The position numbers and the translations under genes were made by a program. A stretch of 64,000 nt of DNA from the NCBI GenBank assembly GCA_947475005.1, contig CANJLI010000005.1, positions 5,858 to 69,857 of the forward strand, given 5' to 3'. The DNA is from Deltaproteobacteria bacterium (lineage in GTDB: Bacteria > Bdellovibrionota_B > Oligoflexia > Oligoflexales > Bog-1112). This document shows, piece by piece, positions 29,185 through 38,626 of this stretch. Position 1 is the first letter of the stretch, and every line of letters starts with the position of its first letter. A model generated the notes under the pieces. It was not told the DNA's origin. It saw nothing but the letters and a program-made list of their open reading frames with translations, and did not search any database.

Positions 29185-29790
29185 CTAAAGAGGCTTCTGC
29201 AAGTAACAGTACTTACAAACGGGCAGGTATCGCTCCTCAGCCCCCATTTCAATCTCAGGACCGTCTATGACAGGGGTTCCGTTCAGGAATTTTCCATTTT
29301 GGGTGGCTTTTCGGTTGCAGAAGTAGCAAGTGGTTTTGATTTCCTCGATGGTATCTGCAATCTCGAGCAATCGCTTTGATCCTTCAAAGAGATATCCCTT
29401 GAAGTTGGTTTTAAGCCCGTAGCAAATCACCGGGACATTGCAATGAATCGTCAGCTGCTGGAGCTCTTCGATGACAAAAGGAGAAAGAAACTGGGCCTCG
29501 TCTACTAAGATACAGTGCAGAGGCTCCAGGTTGGAAAAATCAACCCGATGCTCCCCCTGTACACTCTGTTTTCCTGGATAAATGAACACAGTATCTGGAT
29601 ACAAGAGATGGTCGGCTTCCATGGAAAGCCCCGCTCGAGAGCGAATGGTATCTGCACCAAAGCGAAGATCCAAATGGGGTTTAAGCAGGACTACCCTTTT
29701 CTTTTGCTGCTGGTAATTGTGCGCCACTGCGAGCAAATTCAGGCTCTTGGCACTGCCCATCGCTCCATATCGAAAATATAGTTTCGCCAT
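29185..29790 (-). CDS. tdk: Thymidine kinase
   Basis: P-loop GAMGSAKS and C-terminal Zn ribbon CYFCNRKA...CKYC. Confidence 0.9.
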   Translation of the reverse strand: MAKLYFRYGAMGSAKSLNLLAVAHNYQQQKKRVVLLKPHLDLRFGADTIRSRAGLSMEADHLLYPDTVFIYPGKQSVQGEHRVDFSNLEPLHCILVDEAQFLSPFVIEELQQLTIHCNVPVICYGLKTNFKGYLFEGSKRLLEIADTIEEIKTTCYFCNRKATQNGKFLNGTPVIDGPEIEMGAEERYLPVCKYCYLQKPL

Positions 29791-29882
29791 TTCAGGTCAT
29801 CCCCCTCTTTATTGAAGGGGAGATATATCACGTGGCGTGGAGGTTTTCTTTCTTTCTTTTTTGGATGAGAGAACTACAAAGC

Positions 29883-31544
29883 TTAATAAATAGGGTAGGT
29901 GCATCTTTTCTTTTCGATATCCGCATCTACGACAAAAGGAGCTTGCCAAGATTGGGCACGAGGGGTGAAACTGCACTCCATGAGCAAAGTAGACTTCGTT
30001 GCATCTGAATAAATTTCTACGATATGCTTGTCTCCAAATGAAATCCCGATCACATCCCAATAATGAGCGGAAGAAAGGGATGAACTTTCCAATCCGGAAT
30101 CCACAACGAGGTGGTAAACCTTTGGGTCGGTAGAGGTAACGCGAATACGCAATGGCGCCATGGGTTTTTGCTCCCGTAGCACGATTTCTTTTTTCAGTGT
30201 ACCTGTCTCTATATTCAATGTCTGAGGCTCTGCTACATACCCAGGTCGAGAAATTTCTACCACGTGAGGTCCTTGGTCAAGGGTGAGACGCATCGGTGTA
30301 GTTACATACTGACCTTGCTGCAATGGCTCTCCATCGATCTTGAGTGCCACGCGCTCCGGGGTGGTATGAAGCTCCAAAATCCCTTGCTGTTCCTTATGTG
30401 TGAGCAGATAAAAGACTCCTCCTGCGAGGAGTAAGATAAGGAGACCCAAGCCTGCCAATAGAAGGCCTCTACTCCCCTTTTTTCCATATATCATCTCGGT
30501 CTGACCCACTGCCGAGAGTTGGGTAGGAGAGGCAGAATCACCGGGCACGCCTGCTGTAGGGAGGGTAAGTTCGAGAGGCGCTTGGGCATCTTGCAACAGC
30601 TCGCGAATATGATCTTGCAGGGTGATTTTTCGCTCTGCCAATGTCTTTTTCATCAGGTGGCTCAGGTCTTCGGGAGTAAAGTCTGGGTAGCGTTTGTTAA
30701 TGTAATGACGCAGAGCCTTTTCAAATTCCTGGGCATTGAGATAGCGCATCTGGGGATTTTTTTGCAATCCTTTTGCCAAAATACCTGCCAGCTCCTCATC
30801 TACGAGGGGATTGAGTTGCTGCAAATCAAGGGGCATGTGGCATGTTTTTACATGTTGAATGGTCTCGATCTCATTATCACCCTGAAACAATCGCTTCATA
30901 GTGAGCATTTCCCAAAGAATAATCGAGAGGGAAAACACATCGGTGCGCACATCGAGGGACTGAGCAGAAATCTGCTCGGGGCTCATGTAGGCATATTTTC
31001 CTTTTACAATACCAGGTTGGGTTTCATTTGCTTTGTTGTTGGCATCGGCAATGCCAAAATCTGTGATTTTAACTTCAGCCTCAAAACTCACGATGATATT
31101 TTGGGGGGAGATGTCTCGGTGAATGATCCCGATGGGTTTGCCCGTAATATCATCCAGTTTGGTATGGGCATAATGAAGGCCTCGGGCTGCTTCGGCTGCA
31201 ATGTAGAGCGCACAGGGGATGGGAAGCTTGAGATCGGTTTGCTCACACTTCACCAGAAGGGTCCGCAAATCGCCACCCATCACAAATTCCATGATAATGG
31301 CATAGGAGCCCTCTACCTCTTCGAAGCCCTCCACTCGAACAATGTTGGCATGCTGCAGCCGTTTGCAAATATGGGCTTCATCGCGAAACATTTTGACAAA
31401 CTCTTCCTCAGTGGCATAACTGGGAAGTATACGTTTGATGCAGCAAATGCGCTGAAACCCATCCTCCCCGATCTGTTTGCCCAGGTAGATTTCTGCCATC
31501 CCGCCGCGTGCGATTTGTTTGAAAAGAATGTATCGATGGTCCAT
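29883..31544 (-). CDS. Ser/Thr protein kinase with TM segment and C-terminal PEGA-like domain (start trimmed to MDHRYILF)
   Basis: Hanks motifs GGMAEIY, HRDISPQN, DFG, YMSPE. TM segment LLLAGLGLLILLLAGGVFYLL. LKIDGEPL...ISRPGYV resembles a PEGA domain. Confidence 0.85.
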   Translation of the reverse strand: MDHRYILFKQIARGGMAEIYLGKQIGEDGFQRICCIKRILPSYATEEEFVKMFRDEAHICKRLQHANIVRVEGFEEVEGSYAIIMEFVMGGDLRTLLVKCEQTDLKLPIPCALYIAAEAARGLHYAHTKLDDITGKPIGIIHRDISPQNIIVSFEAEVKITDFGIADANNKANETQPGIVKGKYAYMSPEQISAQSLDVRTDVFSLSIILWEMLTMKRLFQGDNEIETIQHVKTCHMPLDLQQLNPLVDEELAGILAKGLQKNPQMRYLNAQEFEKALRHYINKRYPDFTPEDLSHLMKKTLAERKITLQDHIRELLQDAQAPLELTLPTAGVPGDSASPTQLSAVGQTEMIYGKKGSRGLLLAGLGLLILLLAGGVFYLLTHKEQQGILELHTTPERVALKIDGEPLQQGQYVTTPMRLTLDQGPHVVEISRPGYVAEPQTLNIETGTLKKEIVLREQKPMAPLRIRVTSTDPKVYHLVVDSGLESSSLSSAHYWDVIGISFGDKHIVEIYSDATKSTLLMECSFTPRAQSWQAPFVVDADIEKKRCTYPIY

Positions 31545-31663
31545 GGGTGCTTTTTTTCTCCCCCCTGGGGTGTCTCGAGCGTCCTCGGATCTCCTTTGGG
31601 TATCGGCAGTTGGCAACAGTAAGATGAGGGGGGAAAAAGGATGCAAATCCAAAGGAATGACCA

Positions 31664-32326
31664 TTGCCTACACAGACTACAGCCTCTAAAAGAAACAAGA
31701 CTCCAAAATCAAAGGGTATTTTCATTACCTTTGAAGGGGGAGAAGGGGTAGGAAAATCATCTCTGATCCAAGAGGTAGCTAAGCGCCTGACCCAGGAGAA
31801 GATCGCCCATATCGCAACCGGAGAGCCAGGGGGTACCCCCCGCGGCCAAGAACTCCGCCGCTGGCTACAAGCCTCCAAATGGCCCTCCGTCGCGGAGTTT
31901 TTGCTCTATTCCGCCGACCGAAGTCTACACGTGGAGGAAGTGATTCGTCCCGCCTTGGCCCAGGGCAAGTGGGTGCTTTGCGACCGATTTGTAGACTCCA
32001 GTCGGGTGTATCAAGGGCAAGCTGGGGGGTTAAATCGCTTGTTTATCGAGATCGTATCCACTCAGTGTACGGGGGGAATCGAGCCAGACCTTACATTCTT
32101 ATTGGACTGTGACCTCGATGTTTCCATGGGGCGGCTGGTGGGGCGAGAGGTTTTATCGCACTATGACCAGGCCAAACGAGCATTCCACGAGAAGGTCCGA
32201 TCTGGATTTTTGGCGCTTGCGGCGTTGAATTCGGACAGAATTGTGGTACTAGATAGTACCGCGCCTATAGCGGAATTGGTGACCCAAGTTTGGGATACAA
32301 TCAAGGAACGCGTGAATGGCAAGTAG
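31664..32326 (+). CDS. tmk: Thymidylate kinase (TTG start)
   Basis: P-loop FEGGEGVGKSS and DRF/DS motifs. Confidence 0.9.
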   Translation: MPTQTTASKRNKTPKSKGIFITFEGGEGVGKSSLIQEVAKRLTQEKIAHIATGEPGGTPRGQELRRWLQASKWPSVAEFLLYSADRSLHVEEVIRPALAQGKWVLCDRFVDSSRVYQGQAGGLNRLFIEIVSTQCTGGIEPDLTFLLDCDLDVSMGRLVGREVLSHYDQAKRAFHEKVRSGFLALAALNSDRIVVLDSTAPIAELVTQVWDTIKERVNGK

Positions 32327-33164
32327 CTGGAGTTCCCTCGTGGGAATGGAGTCAGTTTGTGAAAAGTGGAGGCGCCTCTTGCAAGAGGGGAGGCTTCCCA
32401 CGTGTATCTTGCTCACAGGCCAAGCTGGCATTGGAAAAAAACATCTCCTGCACCGTTTGGCTGCTCTGTTCTACTGTGACCAAGGGGGCTGTGGGACGTG
32501 TACCACCTGTCAGCACATCGATGGGGGGTTCCATACCGATGTCTTGCACATCAGCGCAGAGAGCCTCAGCTTACAAGAGGCCGTGGAACTGCAGCGACAT
32601 GTGGAGATGCACCCGTTGTTGTCTGCGAATTGCAAGCAACCCGGGGGGGCTCGCATCGTACTGGTGCCCGATATCGAGCGGTGGACACGACAGGGCGTAA
32701 ATCGTTTGCTCAAGACCCTGGAGGAACTGCCTCCCTATGCCTATGTGTTTTTTTCCACGAGCAGCCCTAAACGGCTTTTGCCTACAGTGTTGTCTCGATG
32801 CGTACGGTTTCCTGTTACAGGCGAACGCATTGCTGCCCCAGAAAGTGAAGAGGAGCGGCAGTGGAGCCAAGAGATCAATGCCTTTTGGGAACAGGTCTTT
32901 TCAGCTTCGATGCCAGCTGACATTTTGGGGCACGAGATTTGGAATCGAAAGGGGGCTGCTGTGCGGGTAGCCAATTCAGTGGAGGCTGCACTGAACCGAT
33001 GGTACCGACATCAGTTGGACTCCGGGCAAGCGATCACAGGGGTTCGAATCCGTAGAGAGGGGCTGCGAGCGTGGAAGAAACGAGCGATTCAAGAAAAAAT
33101 TATGATCAACGGTCAACTGGCAGCAGAGGTATTTGCACTGCAGGGACTCGGATCAAGAAGGTGA
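32316..33164 (+). CDS. holB: DNA polymerase III delta-prime subunit
   Basis: LLTGQAGIGKKHL plus Zn module CGTCTTCQ, then SRC-type motif LSRCVRF. tmk-holB synteny. Confidence 0.85.
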   Translation: MASSWSSLVGMESVCEKWRRLLQEGRLPTCILLTGQAGIGKKHLLHRLAALFYCDQGGCGTCTTCQHIDGGFHTDVLHISAESLSLQEAVELQRHVEMHPLLSANCKQPGGARIVLVPDIERWTRQGVNRLLKTLEELPPYAYVFFSTSSPKRLLPTVLSRCVRFPVTGERIAAPESEEERQWSQEINAFWEQVFSASMPADILGHEIWNRKGAAVRVANSVEAALNRWYRHQLDSGQAITGVRIRREGLRAWKKRAIQEKIMINGQLAAEVFALQGLGSRR

Positions 33165-33168
33165 TGAT

Positions 33169-34059
33169 ATGCAAGGTATAAATGTAGTCGGTGTGCAGTT
33201 TCGACGGGCAGGAAAGATCTATGATTTTTCTTGTGGGGATATCGAATTGCAGATCGGGGACTCGGTACTGGTGGATTCTGAACGAGGCCCTTCGATTGCA
33301 AAAGTAGCCACCGTTGGATTCCACAATCCGGTGCAAAAGACGAAGAAAAAACTGCAATCCATCGTGAGAAAATCCACGGAAAAAGAGCTGCAACGCAGCA
33401 GTCGCATCAGCCCAGAGGATGTACTTGCGTTTACCAAGGAAAAAATTTGGGACCTCAAGCTGAAGATGAAGCTTTTGAAGGCCGAGATTCAGTTTGGGGG
33501 AAGCAAGATCGTTATTTACTTCTCTGCTCCAGGGCGGGTGGACTTTCGGACCTTGGTGAAGGAACTTGCCAGTGGCCTGAAGTCTCGCGTGGAGCTTAAG
33601 CAGGTCGGCGCCCGAGATGAGACCAAACTCCTTGGGGGGCTTGGCGTTTGTGGACGAGAGTATTGCTGTTCCAGCTTTTTGCGGGAATTTGTCCCCGTCT
33701 CCATTCGGATGGCAAAGAACCAAAACCTTGCCATTAATCCAAGCAAAGTATCAGGAGGCTGTGGTCGATTGCTGTGTTGTTTGACCTATGAGAATGATGT
33801 CTATACCCACCTACGTCAGCAGCTCCCCCCTAGAGGAGCTAAAGTTCGACTCAAGAACCAAGAGACAAAGGTCCTGGTTTTAAAATCAGACTTTTTAAAT
33901 CAAAAACTCTTGGTAGAAACCATCGATGGCAAACACCTCACCTTGTCCCTCGAAGAGATTGAATATACTGCCGTACATAAAAAACCAGATCCTCAAGAAG
34001 ACTCCACCGGTGAAGACGAGGCTGAGTGGTCAGAATCCACCCAGTTAGAAGAAGATTGA
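33169..34059 (+). CDS. PSP1-domain protein (YaaT/RicT family)
   Basis: VGVQFRRAGKIYDFSCGDIELQIGDSVLVDSERG and the Cys cluster CGREYCCSSFL...GGCGRLLCCL. Lies downstream of holB. Confidence 0.85.
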   Translation: MQGINVVGVQFRRAGKIYDFSCGDIELQIGDSVLVDSERGPSIAKVATVGFHNPVQKTKKKLQSIVRKSTEKELQRSSRISPEDVLAFTKEKIWDLKLKMKLLKAEIQFGGSKIVIYFSAPGRVDFRTLVKELASGLKSRVELKQVGARDETKLLGGLGVCGREYCCSSFLREFVPVSIRMAKNQNLAINPSKVSGGCGRLLCCLTYENDVYTHLRQQLPPRGAKVRLKNQETKVLVLKSDFLNQKLLVETIDGKHLTLSLEEIEYTAVHKKPDPQEDSTGEDEAEWSESTQLEED

Positions 34060-34095
34060 TAAAGTTGCTATACGAGTTATTTCCTCACTCATGTC

Positions 34096-34250
34096 TCATT
34101 GCTGTATCCGAGTGAGCAATATATCAAACTGGCCCACTCTGTTACTTACACTTTGAACGGCATTATCAGGATTATATAGGGTAAAATTTTCAAGGCTACC
34201 TTCCGTAGTTCGTGTTTTATCCCATATGGTTGGATCAAACCGAAAATGCT
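34096..34250 (-). pseudogene. Truncated third copy (C-terminal ~50 codons) of the GH16-like gene
   Basis: The reverse strand reads ...FRFDPTIWDKTRTTEGSLENFTLYNPDNAVQSVSNRVGQFDILLTRIQQ*. This parallels the C-terminus ...DPTIWVKTKATQGGSEIYTLYNPDNAIQSVSDGVGQLDILLTRMQ* of the next gene. An in-frame stop lies upstream. Confidence 0.8.
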
Positions 34251-34335
34251 GTTTGCACTTTTTCCTACCAGAAGACTCTTGGTAAAAGTCTCATCTGTAG
34301 GGTAGAAGCTCACCCCCTTTATGGCATTGAGAGAG

Positions 34336-35298
34336 TCACTGCATCCGAGTGAGCAATATATCAAGCTGACCCACTCCGTCACTTACACTTTGAATGGCAT
34401 TATCGGGGTTATATAGGGTATAAATCTCGGAGCCACCTTGCGTAGCTTTTGTTTTAACCCATATGGTTGGATCAAGAGGGTTTTCGAAGTTGTCATACCA
34501 CTCTGCAACCGTGCTGAAATCTTCCTCGCTCTCTATATAAGGAAAATAACTGATAGAAGAATAAGAGATCTCATGTTCTTTCCATTTAGTTAGATCAACA
34601 GCTCCATCCCATTCGTTGTGAACATTACCACTTAACATGATTCGCTTGGGGGCAGAGAAATCGGTAACTTTCACTATTAGTATTTTTATATCATCCATGT
34701 ACCAAGTTATTAAGTTAGGCCTCCACTCGATGGAATAATTATGAAATTCACTAAAATAGGTAGGGGCCATATTTGTTATTGTGTATGCGCCTTCACAAGG
34801 ATGTACTACAGGAACTATGGTTTGAGCACCCCCTAAGATTTCAATATCAAACTCTTCCTGTGTTTCTGTACTATATAGAAAGAAGGCTGACACCGTTCCT
34901 CTAAAAGCCGCAGGCTTCATCCGTGCTGTGAATTTTCCATATTGAAAAGTCCTTGCTGTATAGATCTCTGCTGAATAGAAATGCTTTTCATTGCTCTTTT
35001 TGGGTTCAGAGACAAGATCTTGTGAGCTAGAATAGGAATACTGTTTAAAAAAATTGTGATTTCGGGGTTCAAGAGTGGAGGCTTGTGCTTTACCGAGAGA
35101 TCGGCCTGTATTATGGGTCTCACAATTAAAAGGCGTATAATCGGTAAGGGGGGATTTATTTTTTCCCCTTACCTGGGGGTCCTTTTGGGTATCGGAAAAA
35201 TCCATGCAACCAATTGTATATACAGAAATAAGAAGAAATACAAAAGAGTATTTAAAGTTCAAAAAAATCCTTTCAAGTTCAAAAAAATCAAACTGCAA
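34336..35298 (-). CDS. GH16-family (lichenase/laminarinase-like) glycoside hydrolase lipoprotein, copy 1 (probable TTG start at 35262)
   Basis: YGKFTARMKPAAFRGTVSAFFLY ... EEFDIEILG ... FHNYSIEWRPNLITWYMDD parallels Bacillus lichenase YGLYEVRMKPA...SSFFTY...DEIDIEFLG...YHTYAFDWQPNSIKWYVDG. Lipobox TIGC. Confidence 0.8.
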   Translation of the reverse strand: MQFDFFELERIFLNFKYSFVFLLISVYTIGCMDFSDTQKDPQVRGKNKSPLTDYTPFNCETHNTGRSLGKAQASTLEPRNHNFFKQYSYSSSQDLVSEPKKSNEKHFYSAEIYTARTFQYGKFTARMKPAAFRGTVSAFFLYSTETQEEFDIEILGGAQTIVPVVHPCEGAYTITNMAPTYFSEFHNYSIEWRPNLITWYMDDIKILIVKVTDFSAPKRIMLSGNVHNEWDGAVDLTKWKEHEISYSSISYFPYIESEEDFSTVAEWYDNFENPLDPTIWVKTKATQGGSEIYTLYNPDNAIQSVSDGVGQLDILLTRMQ

Positions 35299-35354
35299 AC
35301 TCTGTTTTTACTTCTTCCCGCTAGAAGCTCAACCCCTTTAGGGCATTGAGAAAT

Positions 35355-36284
35355 TCATTGCATCCGAGTGAGCAATATATCAAGCTGGCCTACTCCGTTA
35401 CTTACACTTTGAACGACATTCTTGGGGTTATATAGGGTATAGTTCTCAGGACTACCTCCCGCAGCTTGTGTTTTAACCCATATGGTTGGATCAAGAGGAT
35501 TTTCAAAGTTGTCGCGCCACTCTGGGACCGCGCTGAAATCTTCCTCATTCTCTATATAAGGAAAATAACTAAGAGAAGAATAAGAGATCTTATGTTCTTT
35601 CCATTTAGTTAAATCAACATCCCCATCCCACTTTTTGTGAACATTAGAACTTAACATGATTCGCTTGGCAGCAGAGTAATCGCTAACTTTCACTTCTAGT
35701 ATTTTTATATCATCCATGTACCAAGTTACTAATCTAGGCCTCCATTCAATGGAATAATTATGAAATTCATTAAAATAGGTAGCGTTCATATTTATTGTTT
35801 TGAAGGCTTTACAAGGATGTACTACAGGAACTATGGTTTTAGAACCTCCTAATATTTCAATATCAAACTCTTCCTGTGTTTCTGTACTATACAGGAAGAA
35901 GGCTGACACCGTTCCTCTAGAAGCCACGGGTTTCATCCGTGCTACGAATTTTCCATATTGAAAAGTTCTTGCTGTATAGACCTCTGCTGAATAGAAATAC
36001 TTTTCAGAAAGGTTGGAATTTTGGGCTTCGGAGACGAGATTTTGGGATTGAAAATAGGCATAGTTTTTAAACAGGTCACGATTTCGGGGTTCAGGAGCAA
36101 AATTTTGTGCATTAGCAAGAGACCGGCTTGTATTCTTGGCCTCACAATTAACGGATGTATAATCGGTAAGGGGAGGATTATCCTCCCCTCTTTTTACAGA
36201 TGAGGGCTCCCTTTTAGCTAAATTCATACAACCCACTGTATATATAGAAATAAACAGAAAGGCAGAAGAGTATTTAAATTTCAA
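35355..36284 (-). CDS. GH16-family glycoside hydrolase lipoprotein, copy 2
   Basis: Close paralogue of copy 1 with the same E-x-D-x-E motif (EEFDIEILG). Lipobox TVGC. Confidence 0.8.
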   Translation of the reverse strand: MKFKYSSAFLFISIYTVGCMNLAKREPSSVKRGEDNPPLTDYTSVNCEAKNTSRSLANAQNFAPEPRNRDLFKNYAYFQSQNLVSEAQNSNLSEKYFYSAEVYTARTFQYGKFVARMKPVASRGTVSAFFLYSTETQEEFDIEILGGSKTIVPVVHPCKAFKTINMNATYFNEFHNYSIEWRPRLVTWYMDDIKILEVKVSDYSAAKRIMLSSNVHKKWDGDVDLTKWKEHKISYSSLSYFPYIENEEDFSAVPEWRDNFENPLDPTIWVKTQAAGGSPENYTLYNPKNVVQSVSNGVGQLDILLTRMQ

Positions 36285-36322
36285 AATAATCCTTTCAAGT
36301 TCGAAAAGTTAAACCACCAATG

Positions 36323-37657
36323 CTACTTTTGATTCTTTCTGCTATAGTACTCTTGAGTTACTGTTTTATCAAATAGTTCTATGCGGTGCGTTATATTGTG
36401 ACACTTTTGAGCTAGCCTATGTCCTTGTTCTCTTATTATAGCCAAGTCTTTTCTTCGCTTGGGAGACAACCAGTAATCCACTGTTTTGTTTAAATTTTTA
36501 GGCGTTGAAGCTATATAATGCACATTCTCAATCATTCCTAATTGCCGCAAGAATGGGACATATAGCTTATCAGCCAGCAGAACTGTTCCTGTTGCAGGAA
36601 TTTCAAAATGTTTTGCAATGACATAGGGTCCAAAAGTTTTATCTGGATATGGCCCCCCCCCAACGGCGATGTCATAGTTTACAATCCATTGTGCAAAATC
36701 AGCCGCTTCTTCCAACGCATTTACTTCAGTATTATAGCCTTTGTGTATATGCTCTTTCCATAGAGGTGATTTTTTAACTTTAATTTCTTCACGTGCAACT
36801 TTGCGCAAAGGATACCAATCATCGTCGCTTTCCTTTCCCAATAAAAGGACTTTATGGGTTTTAGACGTTGCTTGTGAATCAAAAAAAGGTTGTGAAGCTG
36901 CATGAGGAAAGACATAACATGAGTTGATCTTAGAGGCGTCCACAAATTTCATCATATGCTCGGGATAGCGCGCAAACAGCACATCCATCCATGGGTAGGA
37001 GCGTTTAAGCGGTTCTATATCATCTGCCCAATTCAGATCTTCGACGATCAAAACTTTGAAAACCGGAAGAGTGGGTAAATCAGACCACTTGTCTAGAATA
37101 TTCGCTCTTAATACATAAAAAGCGACGACATCTGGTGGAGTGGCTGTTCCAATTTTATTCTGGATATTTTCAAGAAAATTAGGCCCAACTAAGTCGCTAG
37201 AATTAATTATATGCCAAGACTTTTTCCGTTGTAGCTCTTCTATAAAAATTCGGATGAATGTTGCTGTTCCTTTGTAAACTTTCGAGTCCGTATCTATAAC
37301 TATCACTTTTACTAATTTTGCCTCTTGTTGCTCTAGAGACAATGGAGATGGGTTGCTATTTTTGCAAGGGTGATTCAGAATATCGAAATTTCTTTCATGC
37401 TCTGGGCTTAATTTTAATGTAGAATCAGGCGTCACGACATGGAATGATTCAGGTATTGTTTGGTTATTACATCCTTTTTTAGATGGATCTCCAACACCTA
37501 AAGGACAATCGACGGGACACAGTTCAGCAGCCAGAAAAGCAGAAGGCGCCTGAGTTACAGAAACTGGAGAAGAATTCTTAATTGAAGCTCTACAAGCAGG
37601 CATAAACATAAGGAAAATCAAGATGTTAGGCAGAGCTTGGCAATTCATTATATGCAT
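36323..37657 (-). CDS. Lipobox-bearing protein with a C-terminal CgeB-like (GT1-fold) glycosyltransferase domain
   Basis: C-terminal HFEIPATGTVLLADK...ENVHYIAS...L.AI...G resembles the Glyco_trans_1_2/CgeB pattern. N-terminus LIFLMFMPAC. Confidence 0.5.
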   Translation of the reverse strand: MHIMNCQALPNILIFLMFMPACRASIKNSSPVSVTQAPSAFLAAELCPVDCPLGVGDPSKKGCNNQTIPESFHVVTPDSTLKLSPEHERNFDILNHPCKNSNPSPLSLEQQEAKLVKVIVIDTDSKVYKGTATFIRIFIEELQRKKSWHIINSSDLVGPNFLENIQNKIGTATPPDVVAFYVLRANILDKWSDLPTLPVFKVLIVEDLNWADDIEPLKRSYPWMDVLFARYPEHMMKFVDASKINSCYVFPHAASQPFFDSQATSKTHKVLLLGKESDDDWYPLRKVAREEIKVKKSPLWKEHIHKGYNTEVNALEEAADFAQWIVNYDIAVGGGPYPDKTFGPYVIAKHFEIPATGTVLLADKLYVPFLRQLGMIENVHYIASTPKNLNKTVDYWLSPKRRKDLAIIREQGHRLAQKCHNITHRIELFDKTVTQEYYSRKNQK

Positions 37658-37777
37658 TTCTTTAGCTTTCTAATAATTCAAATAAATCGGTTATCCTACT
37701 GATATCTATGAAAAGCTGGTCCGCTCAAAATTTTTTATATTTTTCCTCTGCACATTCTCTATGGATTTCTTATGAAA

Positions 37778-38626
37778 TCAAGGCGCAACACAGCCACTCG
37801 CTTGGTTTTTATCACGACGACCCATTTGATCGATGCCAGACTTTTCTGGATCGGTGCTAGTTTTAACAAGTTCTGGATTTATACAATATGCTTGAAATTT
37901 TGGATCTGTAAAGAAATATTCCCCAATTAATATATCAGTAGGCATATTTCTTAAAGGCATCACCTTCTCATTTATCTTGCGTGCACTTTCTGCGTTAATT
38001 AAATATGCGACATTTCCTGCTGTACAGCTCGCGCTTAAAAACGAATATCTCTGATCCCGTGTCTTTGGAGTCCGGTCCTTTGGGCAGCCCCAGTGATAAT
38101 TTGCATTGCAATATAGATAAATCAGATCCCAGTTTTTAGGCAGGTGCTTTAGAGTATCATCAAGACGATTTTTAAAATCAGGAGGAAGTTCACTATCGTC
38201 TTCTAAAACTAAAGCCACCTTATGGCCGCTCTTGATGACCATTTTTGAAACTTCATAGTGTGATAATTTATTTCCAACTTCACCTGGAGATAAAGGTTTA
38301 AAGGGTAACTTTGGATCGCATTGATAGGAATAACCCTTATCTGCATCTAGTATTTGCAATGCAGTAGAAGTACGCTCGTAATTAAAGGACATGCCGTAGA
38401 TAGCTGAAAATCGAGTGAATGGAAGTGCTAGCCCATCAAGTTGATCCTGCATGGCCCTCATCTTCTTTTTGTCACGATCTAAATTTATAACAATGGTTTC
38501 ATCAAGACTTTCTTCGGTATATGTTACCGGCCAAGTCCTCATTTGTGCTCTACGATCTGTCGTAGTTTGAAGACAACCTTGAAAAAGAAAAAAAAATGCC
38601 CCCAAATAGGAAACTGATTTTCTCAT
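37778..38626 (-). CDS. Glycosyltransferase family 25
   Basis: VINLDRDKKKMRAMQDQLDGLALPFTRFSAIYG, GEVGNKLSH and ALVLEDD match GT25 blocks. N-terminus LGAFFFLFQGC. Confidence 0.8.
   Translation of the reverse strand: MRKSVSYLGAFFFLFQGCLQTTTDRRAQMRTWPVTYTEESLDETIVINLDRDKKKMRAMQDQLDGLALPFTRFSAIYGMSFNYERTSTALQILDADKGYSYQCDPKLPFKPLSPGEVGNKLSHYEVSKMVIKSGHKVALVLEDDSELPPDFKNRLDDTLKHLPKNWDLIYLYCNANYHWGCPKDRTPKTRDQRYSFLSASCTAGNVAYLINAESARKINEKVMPLRNMPTDILIGEYFFTDPKFQAYCINPELVKTSTDPEKSGIDQMGRRDKNQASGCVAP

Noticed and set aside
28737-29270. ORFs 28737..29252 (-) and 29013..29270 (+) spanning the valS-tdk palindrome
   Set aside because: They overlap the 3' ends of valS and tdk and read through the T/C-run and A/G-run palindrome, giving KKKK/FSFSF low complexity. 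They are not credible genes.
30519-31622. 367-aa plus-strand ORF
   Set aside because: It is entirely antisense to the Ser/Thr kinase gene, whose Hanks motifs are unambiguous. The antisense product has no motifs and is an open-frame artefact.
33036-33052. T-loop-like string ggggttcgaatccgtag, which might indicate a tRNA
   Set aside because: It lies in frame inside holB (…TGVRIRREG…). No acceptor stem, anticodon arm or D-arm can be drawn around it.
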